Shown piece after piece: positions 1-14,274 of a DNA stretch of 64,000 nt (the stretch's first letter is position 1; every line of letters starts with the position of its first letter). This DNA comes from Octopus vulgaris. Lineage: Eukaryota. A model generated the notes under the pieces. That model was given only the letters and a program-made list of their open reading frames with translations. It was not told where the DNA came from and did no database searches. The stretch is from contig CATOCA020000001.1 of the NCBI GenBank assembly GCA_951406725.2, forward strand, positions 10,974,001 through 11,038,000, read 5' to 3'. Both the position numbers and the translations under genes were made by a program.

Positions 1-14
1 TAAGTGTGTGTGTG

Positions 15-235
<221 letters not shown>

Positions 236-819
236 AGGCGTATATGGCGCAGATTTAACTCACCCTTCCCACTTTTTTGTGAAATACGTAGAAAAGATTG
301 GAGATAGTGATTCTGAAAAAAGTCATTGTTTGTAAAATGACATTTATTTAAAAGAAAAAAAATAAACCTCACCTCCCGATTCTACGGTTCTCAACCAGGC
401 TATCTACATGCTAGAAATAACAGCCATACCTCGAGCGAACTTTTTGGGGCACATAATTACAGCCTCTGTATCGAATGCTTTGCATTTTACCCCATGGGGC
501 AACGGAGTCACTTCGTTACTATCATCTATCTCTTGTAGTTCCTTCTTTTCATTTTCTCTTTCTTTCTCCTTCCGTTCTGTGGAAGTGCATGGCTCAGTGG
601 TGAGATCGTCAGGCTCACACTCTCGAGATAGTGAGATCGATTCATGGAACGGATCTGTGCACAGTGCAGTCCTTGGTTCCTGTCCAGCCCATGCCAGAAA
701 ATAACAGGGATGTTAGATGATGATGACAATAATGATGTTATTTACTTTGTTAATGATGACAATCAAGGAAATGATGAACATGATTATAAGCAATTTAGAA
801 TTGTTTTGTAAATGATTAT

Positions 820-864
<45 letters not shown>

Positions 865-866
<2 letters not shown>

Positions 867-1270
867 GTGTGTGTTAATTAGCTTGCTAACGAACGACATG
901 GTTCCTGGTTCAGTCCCACTGCGTGCTACCTTGGGCATGTGACTTCTACTATAGCCTCAGGACGACCAAGGCCTTGTGAGTGGATTTGGTAGACGAAAAC
1001 TGAAAAAACCCATCGTATATTTATATATATATATATATACGTGTGTATGTTTGTGTGTGTGTGTTGGTTTGTGTGTGTTTGTGTGTGTGTATGTGTGTAT
1101 TTATGTTTGTGTGTCTGTGTGTGTCCCCGCAACATCGCTTGATTACCGATGCTTGTGTTTTTACGACCCCGTCTCTTAGCGTTTCGTTAAAATGAGAGAG
1201 ATTAAATAAATAAAAGGCTTTCAAAAAATATCTCCTACGGCCGATTTGCCTGTCCAAATGCGGTAAAGAA
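865..1270 (+). mobile_element. tRNA-derived SINE (octopus-type) with internal TA/TG microsatellite; paralog ~9735-10140
   Basis: B-box-like GGTTCAGTCCC followed by ...CCTTGGGCATGTGACTTCT...GTGAGTGGATTTGGTAGACG, as in the fuller copies at 41715-42123 and 50573-50950. Confidence 0.8.
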
Positions 1271-1272
1271 CA

Positions 1273-1346
<74 letters not shown>

Positions 1347-1749
1347 GTATATGCATGTGTGTGAAGCAAAATTGAAGGGTACAATTGTGTAGGAATATCC
1401 CATAGGCGTTCGATACAGAGTATATACGTATGTTCCCAAAACAGTTTATGTGCGATTTGCTGCTTTTTCTAGCATGTGGATATCCTGTTTGAAGCCCATA
1501 GAATCGGGAGGGGAGAGGGTTGATGCAGATTTTTTTATCTTATTTTGGAAAATTTCCAGAATCATGATCTCGTTTTTTTTTATCACCTATTTTGCCCCAA
1601 AAAATTTTGGAAAGCGAAAAATGAAGAAAGGAGGGTGCAATTGAAATTTTGAATCGGTATCTCCATAACCGAAAACATGGTTCTCCGTAAAAAATACAAA
1701 AACGTGTTAGGGGTGGGTTACGTCTCCACAATGTGTACCTCACCTTACC

Positions 1750-2015
1750 ACCAAGGTGACCAGGAGAAAAAAATTCTCGTAGCAGTTTAAGGAGGGGAGA
1801 AATGCTTCAAATTGCACCCAGCCAGGTTTCTCTCACTACTATCACATCCAAGTTTTGCGACCTGAGGTCTTTGAGGAAAATCCGTTGTTTCCAATTCGTC
1901 GCCTGGCTGCAAACATTTAAAGACCTTACGTTGAGTGTAAACATGAAGAAACAATTTGGTCTACCTTAGGTTAGAGATGGGCGTTAACCACTCACGTTTC
2001 ATTTATTTAGGAGCT
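1750..2015 (-). pseudogene. Tx1/L1-like AP-endonuclease 5' remnant, inverted (paralog ~10630-10895)
   Basis: Reverse complement of ~3990-4250, which reads [15 protein letters not shown]. Confidence 0.55.
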
Positions 2016-2269
2016 AGTGAAGTCTTCATATGTGTGTGTGTATGTGCGTGCGTGTGTGTGTGTGTGAGTCTTCATGTTTAGGTGTGTCCTTATCCTACGA
2101 TCGCAGCCTGACACGGTGTTGCCTTTGTTTATGTCTCCAGAAAGCAACTTTCATTGATAGAGGACGGAAGAATAAGGACAGATTACAAAAAAATAAATAA
2201 TCAGATCCAGTTAATCCGCCGAAAACGCTTCAAGGCGGTGCACAAGCATTGCCCAAGCATTGCCAAGTC

Positions 2270-2327
<58 letters not shown>

Positions 2328-2656
2328 TGTGTGCGTGTGTGTATGTGTTCATGTTTATGTGTGTCCTTATCCTATGATCGCAGCCTGACACGGTGTTGCT
2401 TTGTTAATGTCTCTATAAAGCAACGTTCAGCGATAGAGGACGGAAGAATAAGGACAGATTACAAATACATAAATAAACAGGTAAAGCTAACCCGACGGAG
2501 ACGCTTCAAGGCGGTGCCCCAGCATGGCCACAATCCAATGAATGAAAGAAATCCAAGGAAAAGAGCAATTTACTAAAACTTTCGATGTAAGGATGTACTA
2601 TGGAGCTTATTACTGCATTACTCCAGGTTTCCGAGAGAGAGAAGAGAAGTAGAATG

Positions 2657-2700
<44 letters not shown>

Positions 2701-2724
2701 TCTTACAATATACTGTGACTGGTT

Positions 2725-3135
2725 GCTGAAATGTGGAAGTGTTATACCTCGACGTTGCAAACGCCGATAAATGTTGATAAAGTTTTATCATGGAACGATA
2801 TGTCACAAACTTTGTGATCTTGGCATAGTTGGAAAATTGTGAGAATGGCTTCATGACTTTCTGAAGGATAGAAGTCAGGTGGTAGTAGCCAATGGGGCTA
2901 CCTCCAATGATACGCAAATAAGGACCGGTGTCCCGCAAGGCTCTGTTTTGGGATCACTTCTGCTCATATTGTCCCTCTCAGAATGCCCTCAGAACGCCAC
3001 GATCACAAGTTATGCAGATGATACAAAAGTTTCACAGGTAACACAGAACCCTGAAGACACTATGCACCTGCAATGTGAGCTGGACAAAATATACAAGGGG
3101 GCTGACAAGAATAGCATGCAGTTCATTACTAAAAT
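2725..3135 (+). pseudogene. CR1/L2/Jockey-like reverse transcriptase fragment
   Basis: Motifs YLDVANA.DK, GVPQGSVLG and YADDTK (ORF 2879-3154). Confidence 0.85.
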
Positions 3136-3237
3136 TTGCTTTATAGAGACATAAACAAACCAACTCCATATCAGGCTGCAATCGTAGGATAAGGACATAC
3201 ATAAACATGAACACACATACACACACACACACACCCG

Positions 3238-3344
<107 letters not shown>

Positions 3345-3592
3345 CTTCCAACGTTTAAGTAATGCAAACGATAGGCCGTAAAAATTAATTTATACTTAAG
3401 GCACTTAAATGAATTATAAAATAGTTTTAAGGGAGGTAACTCGCAAATATATTAAAATATATTTGAGAGTAGCTTCCCTTGAAATAAAATATTTTAGTTT
3501 ATGTTAGCGTATTTTTTTGCGTGTGTGTTTTTTGTTCGGTGTGTTCAAACGCTTCTATCCTTGAATCTGTTTGTATATGCGGGTTTCTGTGT

Positions 3593-3645
<53 letters not shown>

Positions 3646-3999
3646 GGTGTGTTTGCGAGAGAAGGAGTGGGAGGGAGAGAGGAAAGCATGGGAGGTTGGA
3701 GTAATGCAGTAATAAGCTCTATAGAACATCCTTACATCGAATCTTTTAACAGTTTGCTCTTCACCCTGGATTCCCTTCATTCATTGGAATGTGGCCATGC
3801 TGGGGCACCGCCTTCATGAGTTTCTGACGGGTTAACTGGACCTATTTATTTATTTATTTGTAATTTCTCCTTATTCTTCCGTCCTGTATCGCTGAACGTT
3901 GCTTTATATAGACATAAACAAAGCAACACCGTGTCAGGCTGCAATCGTAGGATAAGGACACGCATAAACATGAACACACACACACCTAGAGACTTCACA

Positions 4000-4720
4000 A
4001 GCTCCTAAATAAATAGAACTGTATGTTTTAACGCCCATCTCCAAACTAAGTTTTTTTCTTCATGTTTACACTCGATGTAGGGAGTTTAAATGTTTACATC
4101 CTGTCATCGAATTGGAAATAAGGGCTTTTCCTCAATGACCTCGTGTCGCTTAATTTGGATGTGGTAGTAGTTAGAGAAACCTGGCTGAGTGGACTGACAA
4201 GCATTTCTCCCCGCCTAAACTGCAACGAGAAATTTATTTCTCCTGGTCACCCAGAATGTGAAGAGTGGCGGTCGTAATTCTGCTCAAGAAAAACTGGTTT
4301 TAGCATCAAGAGTAATCTTTATTGATCCGAGGGTGGGAGTAGACTGGTCGTATTTGATGTAAACCTCATCATTGATAAGTCTTTCAGGCTGGGGGTTGTT
4401 TATGAACTCCGACGACCGGACAGTTAGACAATTTTCTAGGCTAGACAATTTTCTAGGTACGTCACACTCCTTAGTGGATTGTGTTTGCTCGAATACAGAT
4501 AGGAGGAGAAACACGTATCTCTTCGATCTGCTTAAGCGTGTTTTGCTGGCCAATCTGTATATACTGGAACACCCAGACGCTCCGCTGTGGACATGGATGA
4601 ATAGCGATGGGTCTTCTAGATGTATAGATAAAGATTTATGTAACTACAGTGATCAGAAGCCTGTGACCTGAAAGTTTGAACTCGATAGGTTACATAGGCA
4701 AGGTCCAGGCCACTAGAAGC
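4000..4720 (+). pseudogene. Tx1/L1-like AP-endonuclease remnant
   Basis: Frameshifted [23 protein letters not shown] and HPDAPLWTWMNSDGSSRCID (the TW...SRID motif of L1/Tx1 endonucleases). Confidence 0.65.
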
Positions 4721-5321
4721 TCCTTAGTTACCTTGGGTTTCTTTAATTCATTGGATTGTGGCCATGCTGGGGCTCCGCCTTGAAGAATTTTCGTCGTTTT
4801 AACTGGACCTATATATTTATTTATTTACTTGTAATCTGTTCTTATGCTTCCGACCTGTAACGCTAAACGTTGCTTTATAGTGACATAAACAAAGTAACAA
4901 CGTGTCAGGTTGCGATCAGAGGACAAGCATACACACAAAATATCTCAGGGACGCATGCACACACACACACACATACATACACATACCCTTAATACATATA
5001 CACAATCAGATATGAATGCACTTGCAAATATTCATCAATGCTTGCGTATATTCATACATACTTTTATACATATATACATACACACTCATATATACATACA
5101 TATATACATACATACATGCATGCTTGCATACATACATACATGCATACATACACGCATACATATACATATATGCATGCAAACATACCTACATACATGCATA
5201 CATACAGTCGCACATGCATGCATACATACATGCATACATACATACATGCATGCATACATACATACATATATATATATACATACATATATGCAATCACACA
5301 TATATATACTTACAGACACAC

Positions 5322-5356
<35 letters not shown>

Positions 5357-5394
5357 AATACATACACACATATATACGTAGATATACATACATG

Positions 5395-8289
5395 CATCGT
5401 TTTATGACTACGAAGATGACTAATGAATCCAGCTTTACTGAGGCAGGGTCTTGCACAGACATCGCATGTCAGAATCAAAGGAAGACCCTTCCCTTCTGAA
5501 GTGTACAAGCGATGCCCTTCCTGACGGGATGTCAGGAAGGGCATCCCTCCTTACTTTCTCATGTGCAACTCGAGATTTCTGAAATGTGGCTGTCCCCTCA
5601 TGCACAATCCTTCTCCACCTGCTACGATCAATAACTATGCCTTCCTATGTGTCAGGAGAGATGCAAGCATCTCTTAAGGAAGCCTTCAGCAAGTCCTTAT
5701 ACCTCTTTTTTGGTTTATGTGGAGGTCGTTCTTTTTTAGCTAACTCTCCATAAAAGAGTTGTTTTGGCATCCTTGAATCCTTCATTCTGACCAGATGACC
5801 ACTCCATCTGAGCCTTTGCTTTAACACAAGAGCTTCTATACTTTCACGCCGAGAGACTTCGAGTATTTCAAGATCACCGATGCGGTGCTTCCACTTAATG
5901 CCATAGATCCGTCTGAGGCACATCTGATGGAAACATTGCAGTTGTTTAAGGTGGTATCCATATATGACCCACGTCTTGCAGGCAGAGAGAAGAGAAGGGA
6001 ACACACATGCCTTGTACACCTTTATCTTTGTCTTTCTGCATATGTATCGCGGACTCCATGGGCGCTTTTCTAGCCTTCCGAAAGCAACACTTGCTTTCCT
6101 AATTCTATATGGAATTTCATCATCCACATTCCATATGGAATTTCATCATCCACATTGCCATATCTATTAATAGTGCTTCCCAGGTAGACAAAGTGATCGA
6201 CTACATCAAGTCGTTTACCATTCACATAGATATTTGGTACACTATACTGCTTACCAGGGGCAGGTTGATGCATGACAACAGTTTTCTTGAGATTGACTGT
6301 CAATCCTAAGGCAGTGCAAGCATCAGAGAATGCATTCAAAATGTGTTGCATATCAATCTCTGTGTGTGCTACTAGCTCAAAATCATCAGCATACAAAATG
6401 TTTTTTTATGATAGAGGTAAATATCTTTGTTTTTGCAGCAAGGCCCCTGATATTAAATATGTTGCCAGAGGTTCGATAATGGATGTAAACACCGTATCTG
6501 CAGTTTCTGAATGCAATACAGAACACCATCGCGAAATATATGGAAAATAGGGTCAATGCCAGAATATCCCCCAGTTTCACTCCTCTAGCATTCACTTTAC
6601 CATTCATATCTTCATGAAAAGACCTAACCAAAGCAAGGAACTTTTCAGGACCCCCAATTTCAGGACGGAAGAATAAGGAGAAATTACAAATAAATAAATA
6701 AATAGGTCCAGTTAACCCGTCAGAAATCTTGAAGGCGGTGCTTTTCTATTGACGGTATCAAAGGCTTTTGTCAGATCGATAAAAACCTGATACAAATAAA
6801 GACCCTGTTCCACACACTTTTCCTGAAGCTGTGTAATTGAGAAGATCATACCAGCAGTGGCACGTCCCACACAAAAGCCAGATTGACTTTCTGGAAGAAC
6901 ACAGTCTGCTATGTATTTCAGCAGACGATCCAGAAGTACCATGCATAAAACCTTTCCTACAGCAGACAGCAATGATACTCTCCTATAATTACCACAATCA
7001 TTCCTGCTGCCCTTTCCCTTCCACCATTACTGCATCCCTCCAGTCCTCAGGTACAGATTCACTAGTCCATATCTTACCAAACAAAGAGTGAAGTTTCTGC
7101 AGAATTTTCTCACCACCATGCTGTAACAACTCCGCATGTATGCCATCCATACCCGGAGACTTCCCATTATTCAACCTTGAGACAGCCATTGCAACGTCTT
7201 CCAACTTTCGTGGTTCTGCGAGTGCTGCCTTCACAGGCAATCCAGGGCAGAGATTGAGAACATCCTCACTAACTACAGACTGCTGATTCAAAAGTTCATC
7301 AAAGTGTTCTTGCCACCTTCGCAGAATTCCTTGTGAATCATGAAGAACTTCTTTACCATCCCTGCTTCGAATTGGTGTCATCAGGGAAGACGTCGGTCCA
7401 TAAACTTCTCGCAAGAGACCATTCAGCAACTTTGTGTTATTGGAATCTCATGCCGCCTGTATCTCGTCAGCCTTCTTACTCCACCACGTATCCCTCATCT
7501 GAGAGAGCCTTTGCCTCACACGTGATTTTACGTCCTTGAGTTCCCTATGCAACACTTCCTTTCCTGTGACTTTGCTGACAAATAGCGTGACAAAGTACGC
7601 CTTTTATCAGCCAATAAATCATCTATATGTTCATCATTTTCTTTGAACCAATCTTGATGCTTTCTTTGTATCAATCCCAGAACTTTCCTGCCTATATCAT
7701 AAACTGACTTTTTGAGGTTCGGCCAATCTTCCCCAATATCTGCAGCATTCATTTCCTCTCGTAAAGTTCTCTTCACACTATTATACCAACATTCAGTCTT
7801 TTAGGCAGGATCATCCCTGCAGCTCGGATTTTATGTTTTGTGACTAATTTCACTGTTGCACGTCGTACTAGGCGGTGGTCAGTCCAACACTCAGCTCCAC
7901 GAAGAACACGATCACACTGCACATCCTGTCTGTCACGCACCCTAACTAGGATGTAATCCAGAATATGCCATTCTTTAGTCCTAAGCTTATTCTTTGGTTG
8001 AAACATGGTATTGGTAACACACAGACTCAGCTCTTCACACATGTGCAGCAAAAGCATGTCATTACTATTACACTTCCCCACCCCATGCTTTCCAATTACA
8101 GTCCATGTGTTAAGATCCCTACCCACTCTAGCATTAAAGTCACCCAGTACGATGACTTTGTCTGCCCGAGGGATATTTCTTATAATGCCCTTCAAAGCAT
8201 GGTAGAAAGAAAGTTTTTGTCTCAGATAAAGCGTTGAAGCTCCTTCGCAACAAAGCGCAGTCCTTCTTTCAGGACATTCAGAGGACTTA
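5395..8289 (-). mobile_element. RTE-clade LINE, copy 1, degraded and 5'-deleted
   Basis: EN motifs LGDFNARVG and TDHRLV; RT motifs LPESQSGF, FIDLTKAFDTV and YADD; C-terminal RLRWSGHLVRM..R.PKQ and CDVCARPC..H..SH. Confidence 0.95.
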
Positions 8290-8906
8290 GTAGATTGATT
8301 GCATATTTCTTTCATTATTTCATCAAAGCTTTCTTAGTCCAAAAAATGCCGATATTGGAATTTTTTAAAATTCTCCCCACCTCTAGGATAAAACTTTTTC
8401 TAAAAGAATTCCAATATAATCAGCATGTACACAATATGTCAAAAATTTTACTAAAAATATGAACCTTTCTTCCAGTTAAAAGGAGGCAAAATCGAGGGTC
8501 ATATTTGTGTAGAAATAACCCATAGGCATTCGATACAGATTGTGTACGTATGAGCCAAAAATAGTTTGTGTGAGATTTGGCTGCTTTTTGTAGCATGTAG
8601 ATATCCTGTTTGAAGCCCGTAGAATCGGGAGGGGTGGAGGTTGAAGCAGATTGAGATGGCAACTTCAATAGTCGGGTAGTATGATAAAAGCACCGAGCCC
8701 ATGCTGTGAGTTGGTTGATGTTAGGAAAGGCATCTAACCAGAAATAGGAGACCAAAGCAGACATTTGAGCGCAGTGCAGTCCTTGGATCCTGTCCAGTCC
8801 AAGCCAGAAAGGAACATGGATGTTAGGTGATGACGACAATGATGATGATGTTATTTACTCTGTTGATGATGACAATCAAGGCTATAAATGTATAAGTGTG
8901 TGTGTG

Positions 8907-8954
<48 letters not shown>

Positions 8955-8961
8955 TATATAA

Positions 8962-9073
<112 letters not shown>

Positions 9074-9694
9074 TTATATATGTATGTATGTATGTATGTG
9101 TGTATGTATAGGCGTATATGGCGCAGATTTAACTCACCCTTCCCACTTTTTTGTGAAATACGTAGAAAAGATTGGAGATAGTGATTCTGAAAAAAGTCAT
9201 TGTTTGTAAAATGACATTTATTCAAAAGAAAAAAAAATAAACCTCACCTCCCGATTCTACGGTTTTCAACCAGGCTATCTACATGCTAGAAATAACAGCC
9301 ATACCTCGAGCGAACATTTTGGGGCACATAATTACAGCCTCTGTATCGAATGCTTTGCATTTTACCCCATGGGGCAACGGAGTCACTTCGTTACTATCAT
9401 CTATCTCTTGTAGTTCCTTCTTTTCATTTTCTCTTTCTTTCTCCTTCCGTTCTGTGGAAGTGCATGGCTCAGTGGTGAGATCGTCAGGCTCACACTCTCG
9501 AGATAGTGAGATCGATTCATGGAACGGATCTGTGCACAGTGCAGTCCTTGGTTCCTGTCCAGCCCATGCCAGAAAATAACAGGGATGTTAGATGATGATG
9601 ACAATGATGATGTTATTTACTTTGTTAATGATGACAATCAAGGAAATGATGAACATGATTATAAGCAATTTAGAATTGTTTTGTAAATGATTAT

Positions 9695-9737
<43 letters not shown>

Positions 9738-10159
9738 GTGTGTGTTAATTAGCTTGCTAACGAACGACATGGTTCCTGGTTCAGTCCCACTGCGTGCTAC
9801 CTTGGGCATGTGACTTCTACTATAGCCTCAGGACGACCAAGGCCTTGTGAGTGGATTTGGTAGACGAAAACTGAAAAAACCCATCGTATATTTATATATA
9901 TATATATATATACGTGTGTATGTTTGTGTGTGTGTGTTGGTTTGTGTGTGTTTGTGTGTGTGTATGTGTGTATTTATGTTTGTGTGTCTGTGTGTGTCCC
10001 CGCAACATCGCTTGATTACCGATGCTTGTGTTTTTACGACCCCGTCTCTTAGCGTTTCGTTAAAATGAGAGAGATTAAATAAATAAAAGGCTTTCAAAAA
10101 ATATCTCCTACGGCCGGTTTGCCTGTCCAAATGCGGTAAAGAACAAAACAGTAAAGAAC

Positions 10160-10233
<74 letters not shown>

Positions 10234-11533
10234 GCATGTGTGTGAAGCAAAATTGAAGGGTACAATTGTGTAGGAATATCCCATAGGCGTTCGATACAGA
10301 GTATATACGTATGTTCCAAAAACAGTTTGTGTGCGATTTGCTGCTTTTTCTAGCATGTGGATATCCTGTTTGAAGCCCATAGAATCGGGAGGGGAGAGGG
10401 TTGATGCAGATTTTTTAATCTTATTTTGGAAAATTTCCAGAATCATGATCTCGTTTTTTTTATCACCTATTTTGCCCCAAAGAAATTTTGAAAAGCGAAA
10501 AATGAAGAATGGAGGGTGCAATTGAAATTTTGAATCGGTATCTCCATAACCGAAAACATGGTTCTCCGTAAAAAATACAAAAACGTGTTAGGGGTTGGTT
10601 ACGTCTCCACAATGTGTACCTCACCTTACCACCAAGGTGAACAGGAGAAAAAAATTCTCGTAGCAGTTTAAGGAGGGGAGAAATGCTTCAAATTGCACCC
10701 AGCCAGGTTTCTCTCACTACTACCACATCCAAGTTTTGCGACCTGAGGTCTTTGAGGAAAATCCGTTGTTTCCAATTCGTCGCCTGGCTGCAAACATTTA
10801 AAGACCTTACGTTGAGTGTAAACATGAAGAAAAATTTGGTCTACCTTAGGTTAGAGATGGGCGTTAACCACTCACGTTTCATTTATTTAGGAGCTAGTGA
10901 AGTCTTCATATGTGTGTGTGTATGTGCGTGCGTGTGTGTGTGTGTGTGAGTCTTCATGTTTAGGTGTGTCCTTATCCTACGATCGCAGCCTGACACGGTG
11001 TTGCCTTTGTTTATGTCTCCAGAAAGCAACTTTCATTGATAGAGGACGGAAGAATAAGGACAGATTACAAAAAAATAAATAATCAGATCCAGTTAATCCG
11101 CCGAAAACGCTTCAAGGCGGTGCACAAGCATTGCCCAAGCATTGCCAAGTCTGTATGTGTGTGTGTGTGTATGTGTGTGTGTGTGTGTGTGTATGTGTGT
11201 GTGTGCGTGTGTGTATGTGTTCATGTTTATGTGTGTCCTTATCCTATGATCGCAGCCTAGCACGGTGTTGCTTTGTTTATGTCTCTATAAAGCAAAGTTC
11301 AGCGATAGAGGACGGAAGAATAAGGACAGATTACAAATACATAAATAAACAGGTAAAGCTAACCCGACGGAGACGCTTCAAGGCGGTGCCCCAGCATGGC
11401 CACAATCCAATGAATGAAAGAAATCCAAGGAAAAGAGCAATTTACTAAAACCTTCGATGTAAGGATGTACTATGGAGCTTATTACTGCATTACTCCAGGT
11501 TTCCGAGAGAGAGAAGAGAAGTAGAATGATTTT

Positions 11534-11574
<41 letters not shown>

Positions 11575-11584
11575 TCTTACAATA

Positions 11585-11975
11585 TACTGTGACTGGTTGC
11601 CGATAAATGTTGATAAAGTCTTATCATGGAACGATATGTCACAAACTTTGTGATCTTGGCATAGTTGGAAAATTGTGAGAATGGCTTCATGACTTTCTGA
11701 AGGATAGAAGTCAGGTGGTATTAGCCAATGGGGCTACCTCCAATGATACGCAAATAAGGACTGGTGTCCCGCAAGGCTCTGTTTTGGGAGCACTTCTGCT
11801 CATATTGTCCCTCTCAGAATGCCCTCAGAACGCCACGATCACAAGTTATGCAGATGATACAAAAGTTTCACAGGTAACACAGAACCCTGAAGACACTATG
11901 CACCTGCAATGTGAGCTGGACAAAATATACAAGGGGGCTGACAAGAATAGCATGCAGTTCATTACTAAAATTTGC
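11585..11975 (+). pseudogene. CR1/L2/Jockey-like RT fragment, copy 2
   Basis: GVPQGSVLGALL and YADDTK (ORF 11715-11990). Confidence 0.85.
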
Positions 11976-12054
11976 TTTATAGAGACATAAACAAACCAAC
12001 TCCATGTCAGGCTGCAATCGTAGGATAAGGACATACATAAACATGAACACACAC

Positions 12055-12138
<84 letters not shown>

Positions 12139-12180
12139 ACGCACACACACACACAGATGCACACACACACATATACACAC

Positions 12181-12262
<82 letters not shown>

Positions 12263-12509
12263 CTTCCAACGTTTAAGTAATGCAAACGATAGGCCGTAAA
12301 AATTAAGTTATACTTAAAGCATTTAAATGAATTATAAAATAGTCTTAAGGGAGGTAACTCTCAAATATATGTAATATAAATGAGAGTAGCCTCCCCTGAG
12401 ATAAAATATTTTAGCTTACGTTAGCGTATTTTTTTGCGTGTGTGTTTTTTGTTCGGTGTGTTCAAACGCTTCTATCCTTGAATCTGTTTGTATATGCGGG
12501 TTTCTGTGT

Positions 12510-12555
<46 letters not shown>

Positions 12556-12899
12556 GTTTGCGAGAGAAGGAGTGGGAGGGAGAGAGGAAAGCATGGGAGG
12601 TTGGAGTAATGCAGTAATAAGCTCTATAGAACATCCTTACATCGAATCTTTTAACAGTTTGCTCTTCACCCTGGATTCCCTTCATTCATTGGATTGTGGC
12701 CATGCTGGAGCACCGCCTTCAAGATTTCTGACGGGTTAACCGGACCTATTTATTTATTTATTTGTAATTTCTCCTTATTCTTCCGTCCTGTATTGCTGAA
12801 CGTTGCTTTATAGAGACATAAACAAAGCAACACCGTGTCAGGCTGCAATCGTAGGATAAGGACACGCATAAACATGAACACACACACACCTAGAGACTT

Positions 12900-13620
12900 C
12901 ACAAGCTCCTAAATAAATAGAACTGTATGTTTTAACGCCCATCTCCAAACTAAGTTTTTTCTTCATGTTTACACTCGATGTAGGGAGTTTAAATGTTTAC
13001 ATCCTGTCATCGAATTGGAAATAAGGGCTTTTCCTCAATGACCTCGTGTCGCTTAATTTTGATGTGTTAGTAGTTAGAGAAACCTGGCTGAGTGGACTGA
13101 CAAGCATTTCTCCCCGCCTAAACTGCAACGAGAAATTTATTTCTCCTGGTCACCCAGAATGTGAAGAGGGGCAGTCGTAATTCTGCTCAAGAAAAACTGG
13201 ATTTAGCATCAAGAGTAATCTTTATTGATCCGAGGGTGGGAGTAGACTGGTCGTATTTGATGTAAACCTCATCATTGATAAGTCTTTCAGGCTGGGGGTT
13301 GTTTATAAACTCCGACGACCGGACAGTTAGACGATTTTCTAGTCTAGAGAATTTTCTAGGTACGTCACACTCCTTAGTGGATTGTGTTTGCTCGAATACA
13401 GATAGGAGGAAAAACACGTACCTCTTCGATCTGCTTAAGCGTTTTTTGCTGGCAAATCCGTATATACTGGAACACCCAGACGCTCCAGTGTGGACATGGA
13501 TGAATAGCGATGGGTCTTCTATATGTATAGATAAAGATTTATGTAACTACAGTGATCAGAAGCCTGTGACCTCAAAGTTTGAACTCGATAGGTTACATAG
13601 GCAAGGTCCCGGCGACTAGA
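12900..13620 (+). pseudogene. Tx1/L1-like AP-endonuclease remnant, copy 2
   Basis: Paralog of 4000-4720; ORF 13275-13619. Confidence 0.65.
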
Positions 13621-14202
13621 ATCTCCTTAGTTACCTTGGATTTCTTTAATTCATTGGATTGTGGCCATGCTGGGGCTCCGCCTTGAAGAATTTTCGTCGT
13701 TTTAACTGGACCTATATATTTATTTATTTACTTGTAATCTGTTCTTATGCTTCCGACCTGTAACGCTAAACGTTGCTTTATAGTGACATAAACAAAGTAA
13801 CAACGTGTCAGGTTGCGATCAGAGGACAAGCATACACACAAAATATCTCAGGGACGCATGCACACACACACACACACACACATACATACACACACCCTTA
13901 ATACATAGACGCATTCAGATATGAATGCACTTGCATTCATCCATGCCTGCGTATATTCATACATACATTTATACATATATACATACATACACATATATAC
14001 ATATATACATACATACATACATGCATGCATACACACATACATACATACATACACGCATGCATATACATATATGCATGCAAACATACCTACATACATGCAT
14101 ACATACAGTCGCACATGCATGCATACATACATGCATACATACATACATACATATATACATACGTATATGCAATCACATATATATATATATACATACAGAC
14201 AC

Positions 14203-14233
<31 letters not shown>

Positions 14234-14274
14234 AATACATACATACATACATATATACGTATATATACATACAT

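Noticed and set aside
408-704. Four-copy 'MLEITAIPRAN' ORF as a small gene family (also 9283, 19107, 20135)
   Set aside because: It starts in the repeat word, runs into a SINE head, and has different C-termini; copies follow the segmental duplications.
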